Assembly: GCA_043817405.1 (NCBI GenBank)
Contig: JBDRGV010000027.1
Span: 1-53,939 of the forward strand
DNA: 53,939 bases
From: an archaeon
GTDB lineage: Archaea > Nanobdellota > Nanobdellia > Woesearchaeales > GCA-2686295
Direction of reading: 5' to 3'
Part shown: positions 31,177 to 40,712 of the stretch, one piece after another
Layout of the letters: every line of letters starts with the position of its first letter
Position numbering within the stretch: the first letter of the stretch is position 1
Notes under the pieces: generated by a model
Database searches by the model: none
Told to the model about the DNA's origin: nothing
What the model saw: the letters and a program-made list of their open reading frames with translations, nothing else
Made by a program: the position numbers and the translations under genes

Positions 31177-31448
31177 TTTTTTCTGCCCCCTTGTATTCGC
31201 TTTTTCTCGTTTTTTTTAATTATCCCTCCCACCTATATTCTTGAAAATACACATGAGAGTACCTAAATATTTATAAGTATATTATGGAATATACTCTCTT
31301 AGAAACAACAATTTTTTTCGCCAAAAAAACTCGTTTGTGTTCGCCAAAACACGATTTGAGTGTATCCTCGCCGATTAACCCAAGTGATATATACTTCTAC
31401 GTCATCATATTTAAATATTATTGTTTTGTAAAATATACTTTAAAGTCT

Positions 31449-31982
31449 TTATTTCTCAAATAATATGGTTCGTCGACCTGGAAACAAACCCATATCTGAC
31501 ATTTTAGTAAATTGATCCGGTTCGATGGATAGATCTATTACTCTGAAATTGTAATTCTCATTTATAGTAACAACTATAGCTCTCACTTTGTCGACAGGTA
31601 TATGAGTTCCTATGATTAAAACATTGGCCTTGTCCTTCTCTTCTTTGCCGTGTAGAATAATGCTTTCCACCTCATCCAATACAGCAATTTTCTCTACGAA
31701 TTCATTCAAAGCAGATTTCTTATGCACAAGCAGTTCCTGCAGCATTTCATTTTCTTTGGTTTGATTTAAGAAGTAAAATTTGAATTTCTTCATCCTCTTT
31801 AGCCTTATAATATCTAGATCTTTGAGTTTATTTATTATTCTGAAGGTCGTTGCCACAGGCAGTTTTGTCTTCTTAGACACCTCTCTTATATAGAATTCTT
31901 CTTCAGGATTGTCGAAAAAAACTCTCAAAACCTTTAGAATTTTGTCGTCAAACAACCTCTCTAGTAACTCCTTTGTTTCCAC
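31449..31982 (-). CDS. winged-HTH protein with degenerate nucleotidyltransferase-like C-terminal domain
   Basis: FYIREVSKKTKLPVATTFRII HTH; IILHG...ANVLII lacks the catalytic DxD; start codon uncertain (GTG). Confidence 0.78.
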   Translation of the reverse strand: METKELLERLFDDKILKVLRVFFDNPEEEFYIREVSKKTKLPVATTFRIINKLKDLDIIRLKRMKKFKFYFLNQTKENEMLQELLVHKKSALNEFVEKIAVLDEVESIILHGKEEKDKANVLIIGTHIPVDKVRAIVVTINENYNFRVIDLSIEPDQFTKMSDMGLFPGRRTILFEK

Positions 31983-32019
31983 TGTGACGTCTATGATATA
32001 ACAAATACTATATAAAGTT

Positions 32020-32054
32020 TTCCATTTTTGAAACACTGTTCCATTTTTGAAACA
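32020..32054. repeat. Tandem 16-bp direct repeat TTCCATTTTTGAAACA, candidate operator
   Basis: Exact copies at 32020..32035 and 32039..32054, next to the TATA box of the wHTH gene. Confidence 0.7.
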
Positions 32055-32099
32055 GTGAATTCAAGCAGGAGAAAGATAAAATAACTATCAAACAACAAG

Positions 32100-32720
32100 T
32101 TATTGCAAGTTAGAAAATAGAGTTTCTTTTACTTTCAAGAATATTTTCTCATAGCCTTTAGAGTTAGGATGGACTCCATCACCCAGAAGTGTCTTGTAAT
32201 CAGATTTAAACCAATCATCAAACATATCAATAAATAAAATATTATTATCTTTACAACAGTTCTTTATAACTTCATTGTATTGCTTTGTTCTTTCATTAAA
32301 GAAATACGTATTCTCATAGGGGTTTGTTATGTCTTCATTTACAGGTATTAAGCCTATAAACACGATTTTGTCTGTGAATTTCTTTGATTCATCTATTAAT
32401 GTAAGAATGTTTTTTTTGAATTTATCAAGTGGAGTTTTGACATTATCAGGAGTATCTAGCCCTTTTGAATCATTGGTTCCTATTGCAAAAATAATAGTGA
32501 ATTCATCATTAGGCCAAATTTTTTTAGTTCTCGCCTTGGCTTCAATATCAAATCTTTCTAGTAAATCTGTTGAAGATTGACCTGGAACTCCAAGATTGTA
32601 AACTACATTGTAATAATCTTTTGATTCAAAATATCGTTTTAATCTACCTGACCAACCACCATTTTCATTGTCGCCTCTACCAAAAGATGTGCTTTCTCCA
32701 AAAACCAGTATTCCTTTCAT
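32100..32720 (-). CDS. SGNH/GDSL hydrolase
   Basis: FGESTSFG, NLGVPG, IGTND and DGVHPN motifs. Confidence 0.92.
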   Translation of the reverse strand: MKGILVFGESTSFGRGDNENGGWSGRLKRYFESKDYYNVVYNLGVPGQSSTDLLERFDIEAKARTKKIWPNDEFTIIFAIGTNDSKGLDTPDNVKTPLDKFKKNILTLIDESKKFTDKIVFIGLIPVNEDITNPYENTYFFNERTKQYNEVIKNCCKDNNILFIDMFDDWFKSDYKTLLGDGVHPNSKGYEKIFLKVKETLFSNLQ

Positions 32721-34465
32721 TGTTTTTTCTGATTCTCAAAATCTTCTTTTATTGCTTCCAGAACTGAGCATTCATCAGGTCTTCGATCATCTCTTACCTG
32801 TACGACTCTTGGAAACCTGAGCGCATAGCCACTTCCATAGGTTGAACTTTTCTGTATTTCTTCAAACTTTATCTCAAGCACAATTTCAGGTTTTATCCTT
32901 ACTTCACGACCTTTCTCGGAAATAACAAATGGTTTTATCATTTCAGTTAACTCTCCGAAAGATAATCCCTCTTCAGCCTTTTCCTTGACACCAGTGCCCA
33001 CTTTGCCAATTTCCAAGTAGTTTCCACTGTCCTCATCGAGACAAGCCAGTGAAAAGGATGTGAACCATCCACTTCGCTTTCCTTCTCCCCACTCCGCACC
33101 AACAATAACCAGATCAAGAGTATCCATTACTGGCTTGAGTTTTATCATGAAACCAACTCTAGAACCTGGCTTGTAAGGGCTATCAATGCTTTTCAACATA
33201 ATACCTTCATTGCCTTTAGCAAGAGATTCATCATAGAACTTTGTGGCTTCCTCTTTATCAGAAGTTACAATTTTCCTAGAGAGAATAAGTTCAAACTTCT
33301 TTTCTTTGACAATCTTCTCCAATAAAGCTCTTCGATGCTTCAATGACTTCTTCAACAAATCCTCACCATTGTAGAATAAAACATCAAAAACATTAAGTTC
33401 AACGGGCATTTTCTTAGCCAAATCAGCAATATCATACTTCCGCCTGATTCTTTGGGATATGTGCTGGAAAACAAGGTATTTGTCTGTTTTAGAATCAAAT
33501 CCAACCGCTTCACAGTCCAGGATGAAATTATCACCTTTAACAAGCTTGTTTACATAATCAGCAACTTCAGGAAATTGCTTGGTAACATTTTCAAGTCTCC
33601 TGGTAAAAATTTTAATTTCACCTTTGAATTTATGCACCTGCATTCGAAAACCATCATACTTGTATTCAATAACTGCAGGAGTGCCAACTTTCTCAAAGCC
33701 CATGTCCATGCTAGTAACCTTTTGAGCCAACATTACCTTAATCGGATTACCAGGCACCAGATTAATTTTTTCAAGCTCAGAAGCGCCTTTAATGGCTGCT
33801 AAAGCCACAGTGGTAAAATCATTGCTCTTATCCAAAGCAGATTGCACCAGCTCTATAACCTCATTGTATTTATCCCTATCAACATCAATAGCAATTTTCT
33901 CAGGATCATAATTAACTTTCAGAGGCATATAGGCCCAAACAATTGAATCCCTTAGAGTTCCATCACCAATACCAACTCTCAAATCCTCCAATACGGTTCT
34001 AACAATATATTTAGCTTCTTTTGGCTTAGCACTGGAAAGCAACTCCGCAATTAACCGTGTTTTTCTATCAACACTTCCAGAACCCTCCATGTCTGTTAAT
34101 TTTTGAAGATTAGAAAATACCTTTGAAACACTCAAGCTCAAAGAGAACAATGTTGATTGAGATTTGTCTTTAATAACTTCTTCAGCCACCAATCCCAAAT
34201 CCCCAACTTCCTTCCATAAACGTTCTATGTTCGTGATTCCTGCACCTGAAGCAGTGTTTATGGCTTTAAGCACGAGCTTACTAGCAACACCAATTTTTCT
34301 CTTATCCCAATCAGGAAACACACGACCCCTTAGAAGAAGCATCAAAGTTTCTATGTCTTTCTCACCAGAATTTTTTAATAATTCTGAAATATGATAAGTT
34401 TTTTCAAGTCTTTTAGACGTCGACTCTATCTTCTCATACACGTCGACCAGTTTTGAATATTTCAT
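32717..34465 (-). CDS. lig: ATP-dependent DNA ligase
   Basis: EYKYDGFR, EGIMLK and LRFPR motifs. Confidence 0.98.
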   Translation of the reverse strand: MKYSKLVDVYEKIESTSKRLEKTYHISELLKNSGEKDIETLMLLLRGRVFPDWDKRKIGVASKLVLKAINTASGAGITNIERLWKEVGDLGLVAEEVIKDKSQSTLFSLSLSVSKVFSNLQKLTDMEGSGSVDRKTRLIAELLSSAKPKEAKYIVRTVLEDLRVGIGDGTLRDSIVWAYMPLKVNYDPEKIAIDVDRDKYNEVIELVQSALDKSNDFTTVALAAIKGASELEKINLVPGNPIKVMLAQKVTSMDMGFEKVGTPAVIEYKYDGFRMQVHKFKGEIKIFTRRLENVTKQFPEVADYVNKLVKGDNFILDCEAVGFDSKTDKYLVFQHISQRIRRKYDIADLAKKMPVELNVFDVLFYNGEDLLKKSLKHRRALLEKIVKEKKFELILSRKIVTSDKEEATKFYDESLAKGNEGIMLKSIDSPYKPGSRVGFMIKLKPVMDTLDLVIVGAEWGEGKRSGWFTSFSLACLDEDSGNYLEIGKVGTGVKEKAEEGLSFGELTEMIKPFVISEKGREVRIKPEIVLEIKFEEIQKSSTYGSGYALRFPRVVQVRDDRRPDECSVLEAIKEDFENQKKQ

Positions 34466-34543
34466 ATTTTTTCAGAAGAAATCAATGTTTAAATAGTTTG
34501 TTATAACTATACCTATTTAAAAAATTCTTCATTTCTTTTTTTT

Positions 34544-35122
34544 ATGGACAAGCAAATTAAAATTGATATATGGAAACCTGAGAAAATAATAAATTATGTT
34601 AGTCAAGACTTACCAACACATAATAAATTCAACAACCGTGTTATTCAATTCAAAGGATTCTCATATTTCAGTCCAGAATTAGAATATGATATACTAAATT
34701 TTGATTTGAACAATAAATATGAACAAGAAACAGATTTATCCCCTTTGGAAATCCAAACTAAACAAAATTTTCAGAAAAAAGATTATGTTAAAGCAATAGT
34801 CGCAACAAAAAATAAATCTGTCGTGGGATTTCTTTTGACACGGTGGGCGAAGTTTTACCATAATTACTGGTTTAATCAAGTAACATACATCGATGTTCAT
34901 AAAGATTTTCAAAATCAAGGAATAGGAACTGAACTAATGAAAACATTGAATTCTGTCGACTTTGCCAAAAATAAGATTCTGTATATAGGGATGTTATCTG
35001 ATGATGGAGAAAAATACATGCGACCTGTTATTGAAAAAGAATTAAAAGCTAAAGATTACGCATTAGTTTACGAGGATTATGTTGGTTCCATACCAACCAC
35101 ATTTGGAGTTTATAAAGACTGA
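34544..35122 (+). CDS. GNAT family acetyltransferase
   Basis: IDVHKDFQNQGIGTELM. Confidence 0.8.
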   Translation: MDKQIKIDIWKPEKIINYVSQDLPTHNKFNNRVIQFKGFSYFSPELEYDILNFDLNNKYEQETDLSPLEIQTKQNFQKKDYVKAIVATKNKSVVGFLLTRWAKFYHNYWFNQVTYIDVHKDFQNQGIGTELMKTLNSVDFAKNKILYIGMLSDDGEKYMRPVIEKELKAKDYALVYEDYVGSIPTTFGVYKD

Positions 35123-35180
35123 GGCTGAATAAATTCTATTTACAATAAAGTTTATAAAGGGATTAAAATTTCGATAACCC

Positions 35181-35432
35181 ATGGCTAAAAAAGCAATTTA
35201 TGGTTCGGTCAAAAGATTCGGCTCAAGATACGGAAAAAGACTTAGAGATCGATTTGGAGCCATAGAAACTGAACAAAGAAAAAAGCATAAATGCCCTTTC
35301 TGTAATTATGAACAGGTCAGAAGGGAAGCCATTGGTATCTGGAAATGCAAAAAATGCAATGTTAAATTCACAAGTAGAGCATACACTGTTTCTAAGCCAC
35401 CGGTTATCAGACTAGAGGTTGAAAAAGAATGA
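35181..35432 (+). CDS. rpl37ae: 50S ribosomal protein eL43 (L37Ae)
   Basis: RFGSRYG...CPFC...GIWKCKKC. Confidence 0.97.
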   Translation: MAKKAIYGSVKRFGSRYGKRLRDRFGAIETEQRKKHKCPFCNYEQVRREAIGIWKCKKCNVKFTSRAYTVSKPPVIRLEVEKE

Positions 35433-35566
35433 GCTCCTACAAATGTTTCAATTGTAATAAAAAAATATCTCTCGTTCAAATAAAAAAAAGAGTCAGATGT
35501 CTATACTGTGGTTCAAAAATAATTTTCAAAGAAAGAACTGTTAACACAAAAGTTAAAGCAAGATGA
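35429..35566 (+). CDS. rpoP: RNA polymerase subunit Rpo12/P (absent from ORF track)
   Basis: MSSYKCFNC...VRCLYCGSKIIFKER...VKAR*; ATGA overlap with rpl37ae; canonical synteny. Confidence 0.93.
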   Translation: MSSYKCFNCNKKISLVQIKKRVRCLYCGSKIIFKERTVNTKVKAR

Positions 35567-35641
35567 AACTACAAAATGCAATTTTGTATCAACAAAAAAC
35601 TAAATTTTTTGTGACCCAAAGTCAGAGACTTTGAGGTTTCA
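35564..35641. repeat. Three-hairpin palindromic intergenic element
   Basis: TGAAAC[TACAAAAT-ATTTTGTA][ACAAAAAA-TTTTTTGT][CAAAGTC-GACTTTG]GTTTCA. Confidence 0.65.
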
Positions 35642-35657
35642 TAAATGGGGGTTATTT

Positions 35658-35885
35658 ATGAAATACTCTGCTAAGATAATTGTGGAGGGTAACGCTGATA
35701 ACATTTTAAAATTGTTTGAGCCCGAAACAAAGGTTTTCAAAAACAAAAGAGCTTTTTACTCCATCAATAAAAAAGGTAAAAACGCAGAATTCACTATTAT
35801 TGCGAACGATTCAACTGCTTTAAGATCAGTAATGAATTCCATTAGCAAAACTCTAATAGTATATGAGAAGGTACAAAATGAATAA
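35658..35885 (+). CDS. pcc1: KEOPS complex subunit Pcc1
   Basis: ANDSTALRSVMNS motif; synteny. Confidence 0.85.
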   Translation: MKYSAKIIVEGNADNILKLFEPETKVFKNKRAFYSINKKGKNAEFTIIANDSTALRSVMNSISKTLIVYEKVQNE

Positions 35886-36207
35886 ATCAGCTGAAGAAAA
35901 AATAGGCGAACTACAAACCATTGAGCAGAATTTGCAAAGATTCTTAACACAGAAACAACAATTCCAAACTCAGATTGCAGAACTCGATAACGCCACTAAA
36001 GAATTAGTTGATTCAAAAGAAGCTCACAGAATCATCGGTAACATCATGGTTCAAGTCGATAAAAAAAAGCTCCAGGGAGAGTTGAAAGAAAAAAAAGAAA
36101 TGTTTGATCTGCGCTTGAAATCAGTTGAAAAACAAGAACAAAATATGCGAGAGAACGCCGATATACTGCAAAAAGAAGTTATGGAAGAACTAAGCAAAAA
36201 GAAGTGA
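35878..36207 (+). CDS. pfdB: prefoldin subunit beta
   Basis: Coiled coil with HRIIGNIMVQ hairpin; synteny. Confidence 0.92.
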   Translation: MNKSAEEKIGELQTIEQNLQRFLTQKQQFQTQIAELDNATKELVDSKEAHRIIGNIMVQVDKKKLQGELKEKKEMFDLRLKSVEKQEQNMRENADILQKEVMEELSKKK

Positions 36208-36212
36208 TTATA

Positions 36213-36452
36213 ATGGAACTTGGCGAAGTAATCGACACATTGACTGAACTCTATGAGGATCCTTCTTTACCAAAAAACACTAAGAAAAAGATTGAAGAAA
36301 TGATTTCTAATCTTAAAAATGATACTGATGTTTCATTGAAAATCAACAAATGTCAAGATGTATTGGAAGAAATATCAAATGACATTAACTTGCCAACTTT
36401 TATCAGAACCCAGATATGGGGTATTGCCAGTATGCTTGAAAACCTTCAATGA
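36213..36452 (+). CDS. UPF0147 family protein
   Basis: DPSLPKN...LEEISNDINLP..IRTQIW. Confidence 0.9.
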   Translation: MELGEVIDTLTELYEDPSLPKNTKKKIEEMISNLKNDTDVSLKINKCQDVLEEISNDINLPTFIRTQIWGIASMLENLQ

Positions 36453-37021
36453 GATTTTTTAGTGGTTTTCTTCTTTAAAACAACATTCTTTACAAAATAG
36501 GAATTGGGCACTACAATTAAATCCTTCTTTGTGGTTTCAATATGTGTATCTAACAGGTTGATTTTAATGATTTTACCGGATATTTCACCAACCGTAATTC
36601 TAGCACCCGGTATTAAGAATTTTTTTCCTTTAATGCTAAAACCCGCTGTTAAATTGGGCAAGAAGTCTTTTGCACCAATTAGCACAGATATTCCAATTAT
36701 GATAATTATTACAATTAACATCATATTCAAAATTAATGGTGCTAAACCAATGCTTTCAAGAGCCATAACTATCGCTATCAAATAAATAAAATAAGAAACA
36801 ATTTTTGATACGGTTTTAGAATAGGCTGCTTTGTAACCAAGAACTTTTCCAAGATTCTTATCTAACTCAAACTCTTTCAAAAGCTTAAATATGATTTGAC
36901 CGATAATTCTACCGATAATAAAACCAAAGAGCAGTATGATTACAGCAGTAACTATGTCCATTAAAAAGCCGTTATTGACAAACGAGTTACTAATGCTCAC
37001 AACTGGATCTTCTATTACCAT
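36446..37021 (-). CDS. mechanosensitive channel (MscS family)
   Basis: TM helices; KDFLPNLTAG and G.I..I.LLDT.I...IVVPNS motifs. Confidence 0.88.
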   Translation of the reverse strand: MVIEDPVVSISNSFVNNGFLMDIVTAVIILLFGFIIGRIIGQIIFKLLKEFELDKNLGKVLGYKAAYSKTVSKIVSYFIYLIAIVMALESIGLAPLILNMMLIVIIIIIGISVLIGAKDFLPNLTAGFSIKGKKFLIPGARITVGEISGKIIKINLLDTHIETTKKDLIVVPNSYFVKNVVLKKKTTKKSH

Positions 37022-37053
37022 AGTATATAGAAAGAAAAGGGCTATTTAAAGCT

Positions 37054-39120
37054 TTAGATTAACGTAGCTTTCTCGACTACCATGGTCGCGGTCATTTCAT
37101 CTTCTTCATTTATTGAAAACTTTTCAATTTTTATCTTTTTATCAAAAATTGGGCCATTCAATACCAGTGTTTCGAATTCCCCACCTTCACCAGCTACGTT
37201 TAATCCAATTTTATCTTTCAAAGCAACTAGTTTGTCAATCATTTTATTATCAACTATCTTGTTCAACCAATTCTTGTTCAGACCTTCGGCGGCGACTTTA
37301 GTCATTATAACCTCAAATCCTTCTCTGACAATCTCTCTCATCTCGGTTTCTTGATTGATATGCCACAGCGGCGAGAAAATCTTCAACGAAAGCTTGTCGC
37401 ATATTTTTTCAATACGCTCTCTTTGATAGTTTGAAAAAAGTGCTCCTGTGATAATACCCTCAATTCCATACTCATCTTTGGCTTTTTTTATGGCTTTTTC
37501 CATGTCCACAAGTTCTTTTTCCTTTTCACCCTTTGTTTTCTGAATAATCAAAGGAATGCCTGTTGATTTAGATTGTAGTTTCACCAAGTCAATGGTTGGA
37601 GTGTGAAACATGTAAGAATCAAGGTTTTCACTATCAAGAGTTATCATGCAAACAACAGAGTAATTTTGCTTTTGCATGGTGTACAAAGCGTAAATACTAT
37701 CTTTTCCAGAACTAACCAGGGCTCCCAGTTTCAAATTATGGGTCGGATAAAAGGTTTTCAAATACTCAGATTTTCGTTTAAAACCATTCTTTTTTTTCAG
37801 TTTCTCAATTGCTTTGTGAAAATTGCTTCCATACTGCGCAGCTTTCTTTTTCCTCATGGCAAACTCTGCTTTCAAACCAAGATTCAAAGCCACCAATCTG
37901 AGAACATGTTTTTCATGGCCTTCAAACAATTTAAACTTTTCAGGAATCTTCAAAGAGTAATCAATCAATGCTTTATCGAGCAATGGAACTCTTAACTCTG
38001 TCTGATTATACATCATAACAACATCATCTCTGTAAAGATCTCGCTCATACATCTTGAGAAGCCCAGAAACGCATTCCTTGTTGACATTGTTTGATTCTTT
38101 ATGTCTTTGATAGCCTGCAAATATTTCCTCGCTACCAAGCCCTGAGAACATTACTTTAACACCATCTTTATTGGCCGCTTCACAGGCGACGTAGAAAGGA
38201 AGTGCAACCCCTACTTTAACGACATTAGAATCCTCTATTAATGGAACAATTTTTTTCAAGTATTTTTCAACATCAGCCAGTTTTATCTTCACAATCTTCA
38301 AATCAAGTTTCAGATCTTTTGCAATTCTCTTCGCATAGGTTAAATCCTGAGGTTCCGCCAGGTTCGGATCATCTAAAATCGCAGTATAACAAGTAAATTT
38401 TTGTCCTAGTTGTTTTAAAACAAGGGATAAAACAGTCGAGTCAATGCCACCTGAGAATAAAACTCCAAATTTAACATCAGGAATTCTCTTTGTAATCGCA
38501 GATTTTATTTTAATCTCTAATTCTCTAGTAATCACTTCAATGGAATCTTTGTGTTCTGGTTCTATTGAAAAAAATTTTCTATTGGTAAATCTGATTGAAT
38601 CGTCCTTCAAATTATACTCCAGTATTTGCCTAGGGTTTAATTCTTGAATATTAACAACACCTATTTTCTCCAAAGCTTTCTTTTCAGATGCAAAGTAGAA
38701 TCCATTGGTGTGACTGTACCATACAGGTTTCACTCCAATAATATCTCTGGCTAAGAAAAGCTTATTCTTTGATTTGAATGCAAATGCAAAAACACCATCT
38801 AATTCGTTGAGAGATTTTTCATTGACACCTTTTTTCTGCATCAGCTTGAATATAACTTCAGCGTCGTTTCGAGCTTTAAAATTATATTTCTCATTGAGTT
38901 CTTTCCAATTGTAAACTTCACAGTTCACAACCATTATTTCTTTATCAACAAAAGGTTGCTTAACATGGCCAACCATTGAATGCAAGCAATGACCAAAAGA
39001 AAAGTTTTTCTCATCATGAAAACTTTTTCCGTCTCGTCCACGGTTTTCCAATAATTTTATTCCTTCCTTTACTAATTTCAATGAATCTTCTCTTCCAAAT
39101 ACTCCGATTATACCACACAT
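37054..39120 (-). CDS. asparagine synthetase B-like amidotransferase fused to diphthine--ammonia ligase (Dph6)
   Basis: N-terminal MCGI, RD.IGVKP, SGGIDS, EEIFAGY; C-terminal SSGKDS, SYMFH, GEGGEFET. Confidence 0.9.
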   Translation of the reverse strand: MCGIIGVFGREDSLKLVKEGIKLLENRGRDGKSFHDEKNFSFGHCLHSMVGHVKQPFVDKEIMVVNCEVYNWKELNEKYNFKARNDAEVIFKLMQKKGVNEKSLNELDGVFAFAFKSKNKLFLARDIIGVKPVWYSHTNGFYFASEKKALEKIGVVNIQELNPRQILEYNLKDDSIRFTNRKFFSIEPEHKDSIEVITRELEIKIKSAITKRIPDVKFGVLFSGGIDSTVLSLVLKQLGQKFTCYTAILDDPNLAEPQDLTYAKRIAKDLKLDLKIVKIKLADVEKYLKKIVPLIEDSNVVKVGVALPFYVACEAANKDGVKVMFSGLGSEEIFAGYQRHKESNNVNKECVSGLLKMYERDLYRDDVVMMYNQTELRVPLLDKALIDYSLKIPEKFKLFEGHEKHVLRLVALNLGLKAEFAMRKKKAAQYGSNFHKAIEKLKKKNGFKRKSEYLKTFYPTHNLKLGALVSSGKDSIYALYTMQKQNYSVVCMITLDSENLDSYMFHTPTIDLVKLQSKSTGIPLIIQKTKGEKEKELVDMEKAIKKAKDEYGIEGIITGALFSNYQRERIEKICDKLSLKIFSPLWHINQETEMREIVREGFEVIMTKVAAEGLNKNWLNKIVDNKMIDKLVALKDKIGLNVAGEGGEFETLVLNGPIFDKKIKIEKFSINEEDEMTATMVVEKATLI

Positions 39121-39211
39121 GAGCTTTGAGAACCGAATTCGTTTCAAAAACCTTTTGGTTTTTGGATTTGAAAAAGCGAATTTTTTTGCAAGTTACTAAA
39201 AATATAGTTAA

Positions 39212-39772
39212 TTATTCTGAGAAATTAAACAAATCATACACTCCATGAAATTTGTTCTTTATATCTTCCTTTGATAAATCTTCAAATTCACTTGGAAACA
39301 CAATCCACCTGTCAGTCCTATAAATATAGAAATCAGGCAATAGTTTTGTTTTGTTACGTTTTGGTTTAAAATAAACAGTTGCAATCTTTATATCCTTGGG
39401 CGCATTGTCACCCATATGTTCTCTGATAATCGAAATGATTTTCTTAACACTCTTACCAGTGTCAAACACATCATCAACCAACAATAATTTTGTATCTTTG
39501 TTGGTGTTCTCATATATATAACCAAGACCCCAAACCTTGACGTCTTTCTTCATTTTATCAACGCCTGCATAAGCAGAAGTCTTTATAGGCATATGATCAA
39601 TCTTGTGACCATGATATTCTAAATATTGGTGAACAGATACTGCGACAGGTGCGCCACCCCTCCAAATACCAACAAGCATATCAGGAACATAGCCTGAGTC
39701 GAGAATCTTCTTTCCAAGCTTCAAACAATCTATATGAAAACCATTGAAATCTAAGAATAACTTATCTGCCAT
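39212..39772 (-). CDS. purine phosphoribosyltransferase (HPRT/XPRT-like)
   Basis: GIWRGG and LLVDDVFDTGKS PRPP motif; WIVFP. Confidence 0.9.
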   Translation of the reverse strand: MADKLFLDFNGFHIDCLKLGKKILDSGYVPDMLVGIWRGGAPVAVSVHQYLEYHGHKIDHMPIKTSAYAGVDKMKKDVKVWGLGYIYENTNKDTKLLLVDDVFDTGKSVKKIISIIREHMGDNAPKDIKIATVYFKPKRNKTKLLPDFYIYRTDRWIVFPSEFEDLSKEDIKNKFHGVYDLFNFSE

Positions 39773-39843
39773 AAATAAACCTAATGGTTGTTGTTTATAT
39801 TTTTTTCTAAAAAGTATTTAAACAAATTCTCCTTCCCAACAAC

Positions 39844-40428
39844 ATGAAAGCAGTAATATTTGATTTGTACGGAACTTTAATGGGTTCTTCTGAAGAGTTT
39901 CAAGTATACAAAAAACTATTCTCAAACATAGGATTGGACAAAGAAGAACAAAAAAAAGCAAAACATATTGCTTTGACTGAAAACTTCAATAGTTTAGAAG
40001 AACTCAAAAATCATTTGAGACCAAACTCCAATTACGATACACAGTATTTAGAATATGATATTCTACAGGAACTTGCTTCAGTACAATTATTCCCAGAAAC
40101 AATGGACTTGTTAAAGAAATTAAAAAAATTAGGTATAAAAACAGGCGTCATCTCAAACTTGGCAACACCTTACAGAACACCTGCGGTGTTCATAGATAAT
40201 TATATTGATGAATTCGTTTTTTCTTGTGATGAAGGAATAAAAAAGCCCGATCCTAAAATATATCAGATGATGCTTGACAAGTTAGGAGTTAAAGCTTCTG
40301 AAGCATTTATGGTCGGAGACAGCGTTATGAATGATTACATCACGCCTACAGAATTAGGTATTAAAAGTGAGTTATTAATTAGACCTGAAATGGACCTTAA
40401 ACTTATTCTTAACAGACATTTTAAATAA
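39844..40428 (+). CDS. HAD family hydrolase
   Basis: FDLYGTL, ISN, KPDPKIY and VGDS..ND motifs. Confidence 0.92.
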   Translation: MKAVIFDLYGTLMGSSEEFQVYKKLFSNIGLDKEEQKKAKHIALTENFNSLEELKNHLRPNSNYDTQYLEYDILQELASVQLFPETMDLLKKLKKLGIKTGVISNLATPYRTPAVFIDNYIDEFVFSCDEGIKKPDPKIYQMMLDKLGVKASEAFMVGDSVMNDYITPTELGIKSELLIRPEMDLKLILNRHFK

Positions 40429-40439
40429 CAATAGAAGGT

Positions 40440-40712
40440 AAGAGGTTTCAATCGCATCTGTTATCCAACCTATTTAGCGAATCTCCACTCCTCGTGAACT
40501 TTCGAAGAGAATTCAGTTCATCCTTTCCTGGTTATGAGCTTGATACCTGTTAAGCTTTTCCAAGGTCATCTCTTTTTCCTTGATTAGTTCTTATCAGCAC
40601 TGCAACATCCATAAACGTTGCGCTCTCCGTTGCAAGCAACTTCGAAATTCTCAAAACCTTTATCAGGCAAGTTTTGATTCAAGCTGAAAATCTTTTGCGA
40701 TTTCCACCCCCC
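40440..40712 (-). ncRNA. Putative ~273-nt structured non-coding RNA of unrecognised family
   Basis: 5'/3' pairing GGGGGGT/ACCTCTT and AATCGCA/TGCGATT, several internal stems, TATA box about 27 nt upstream, no ORF. Confidence 0.6.

Noticed and set aside
40445-40480. GTTTCAATCGC... read as a CRISPR repeat
   Set aside because: Single copy only, no array and no cas gene in the window; kept only as one hypothesis for the ncRNA.
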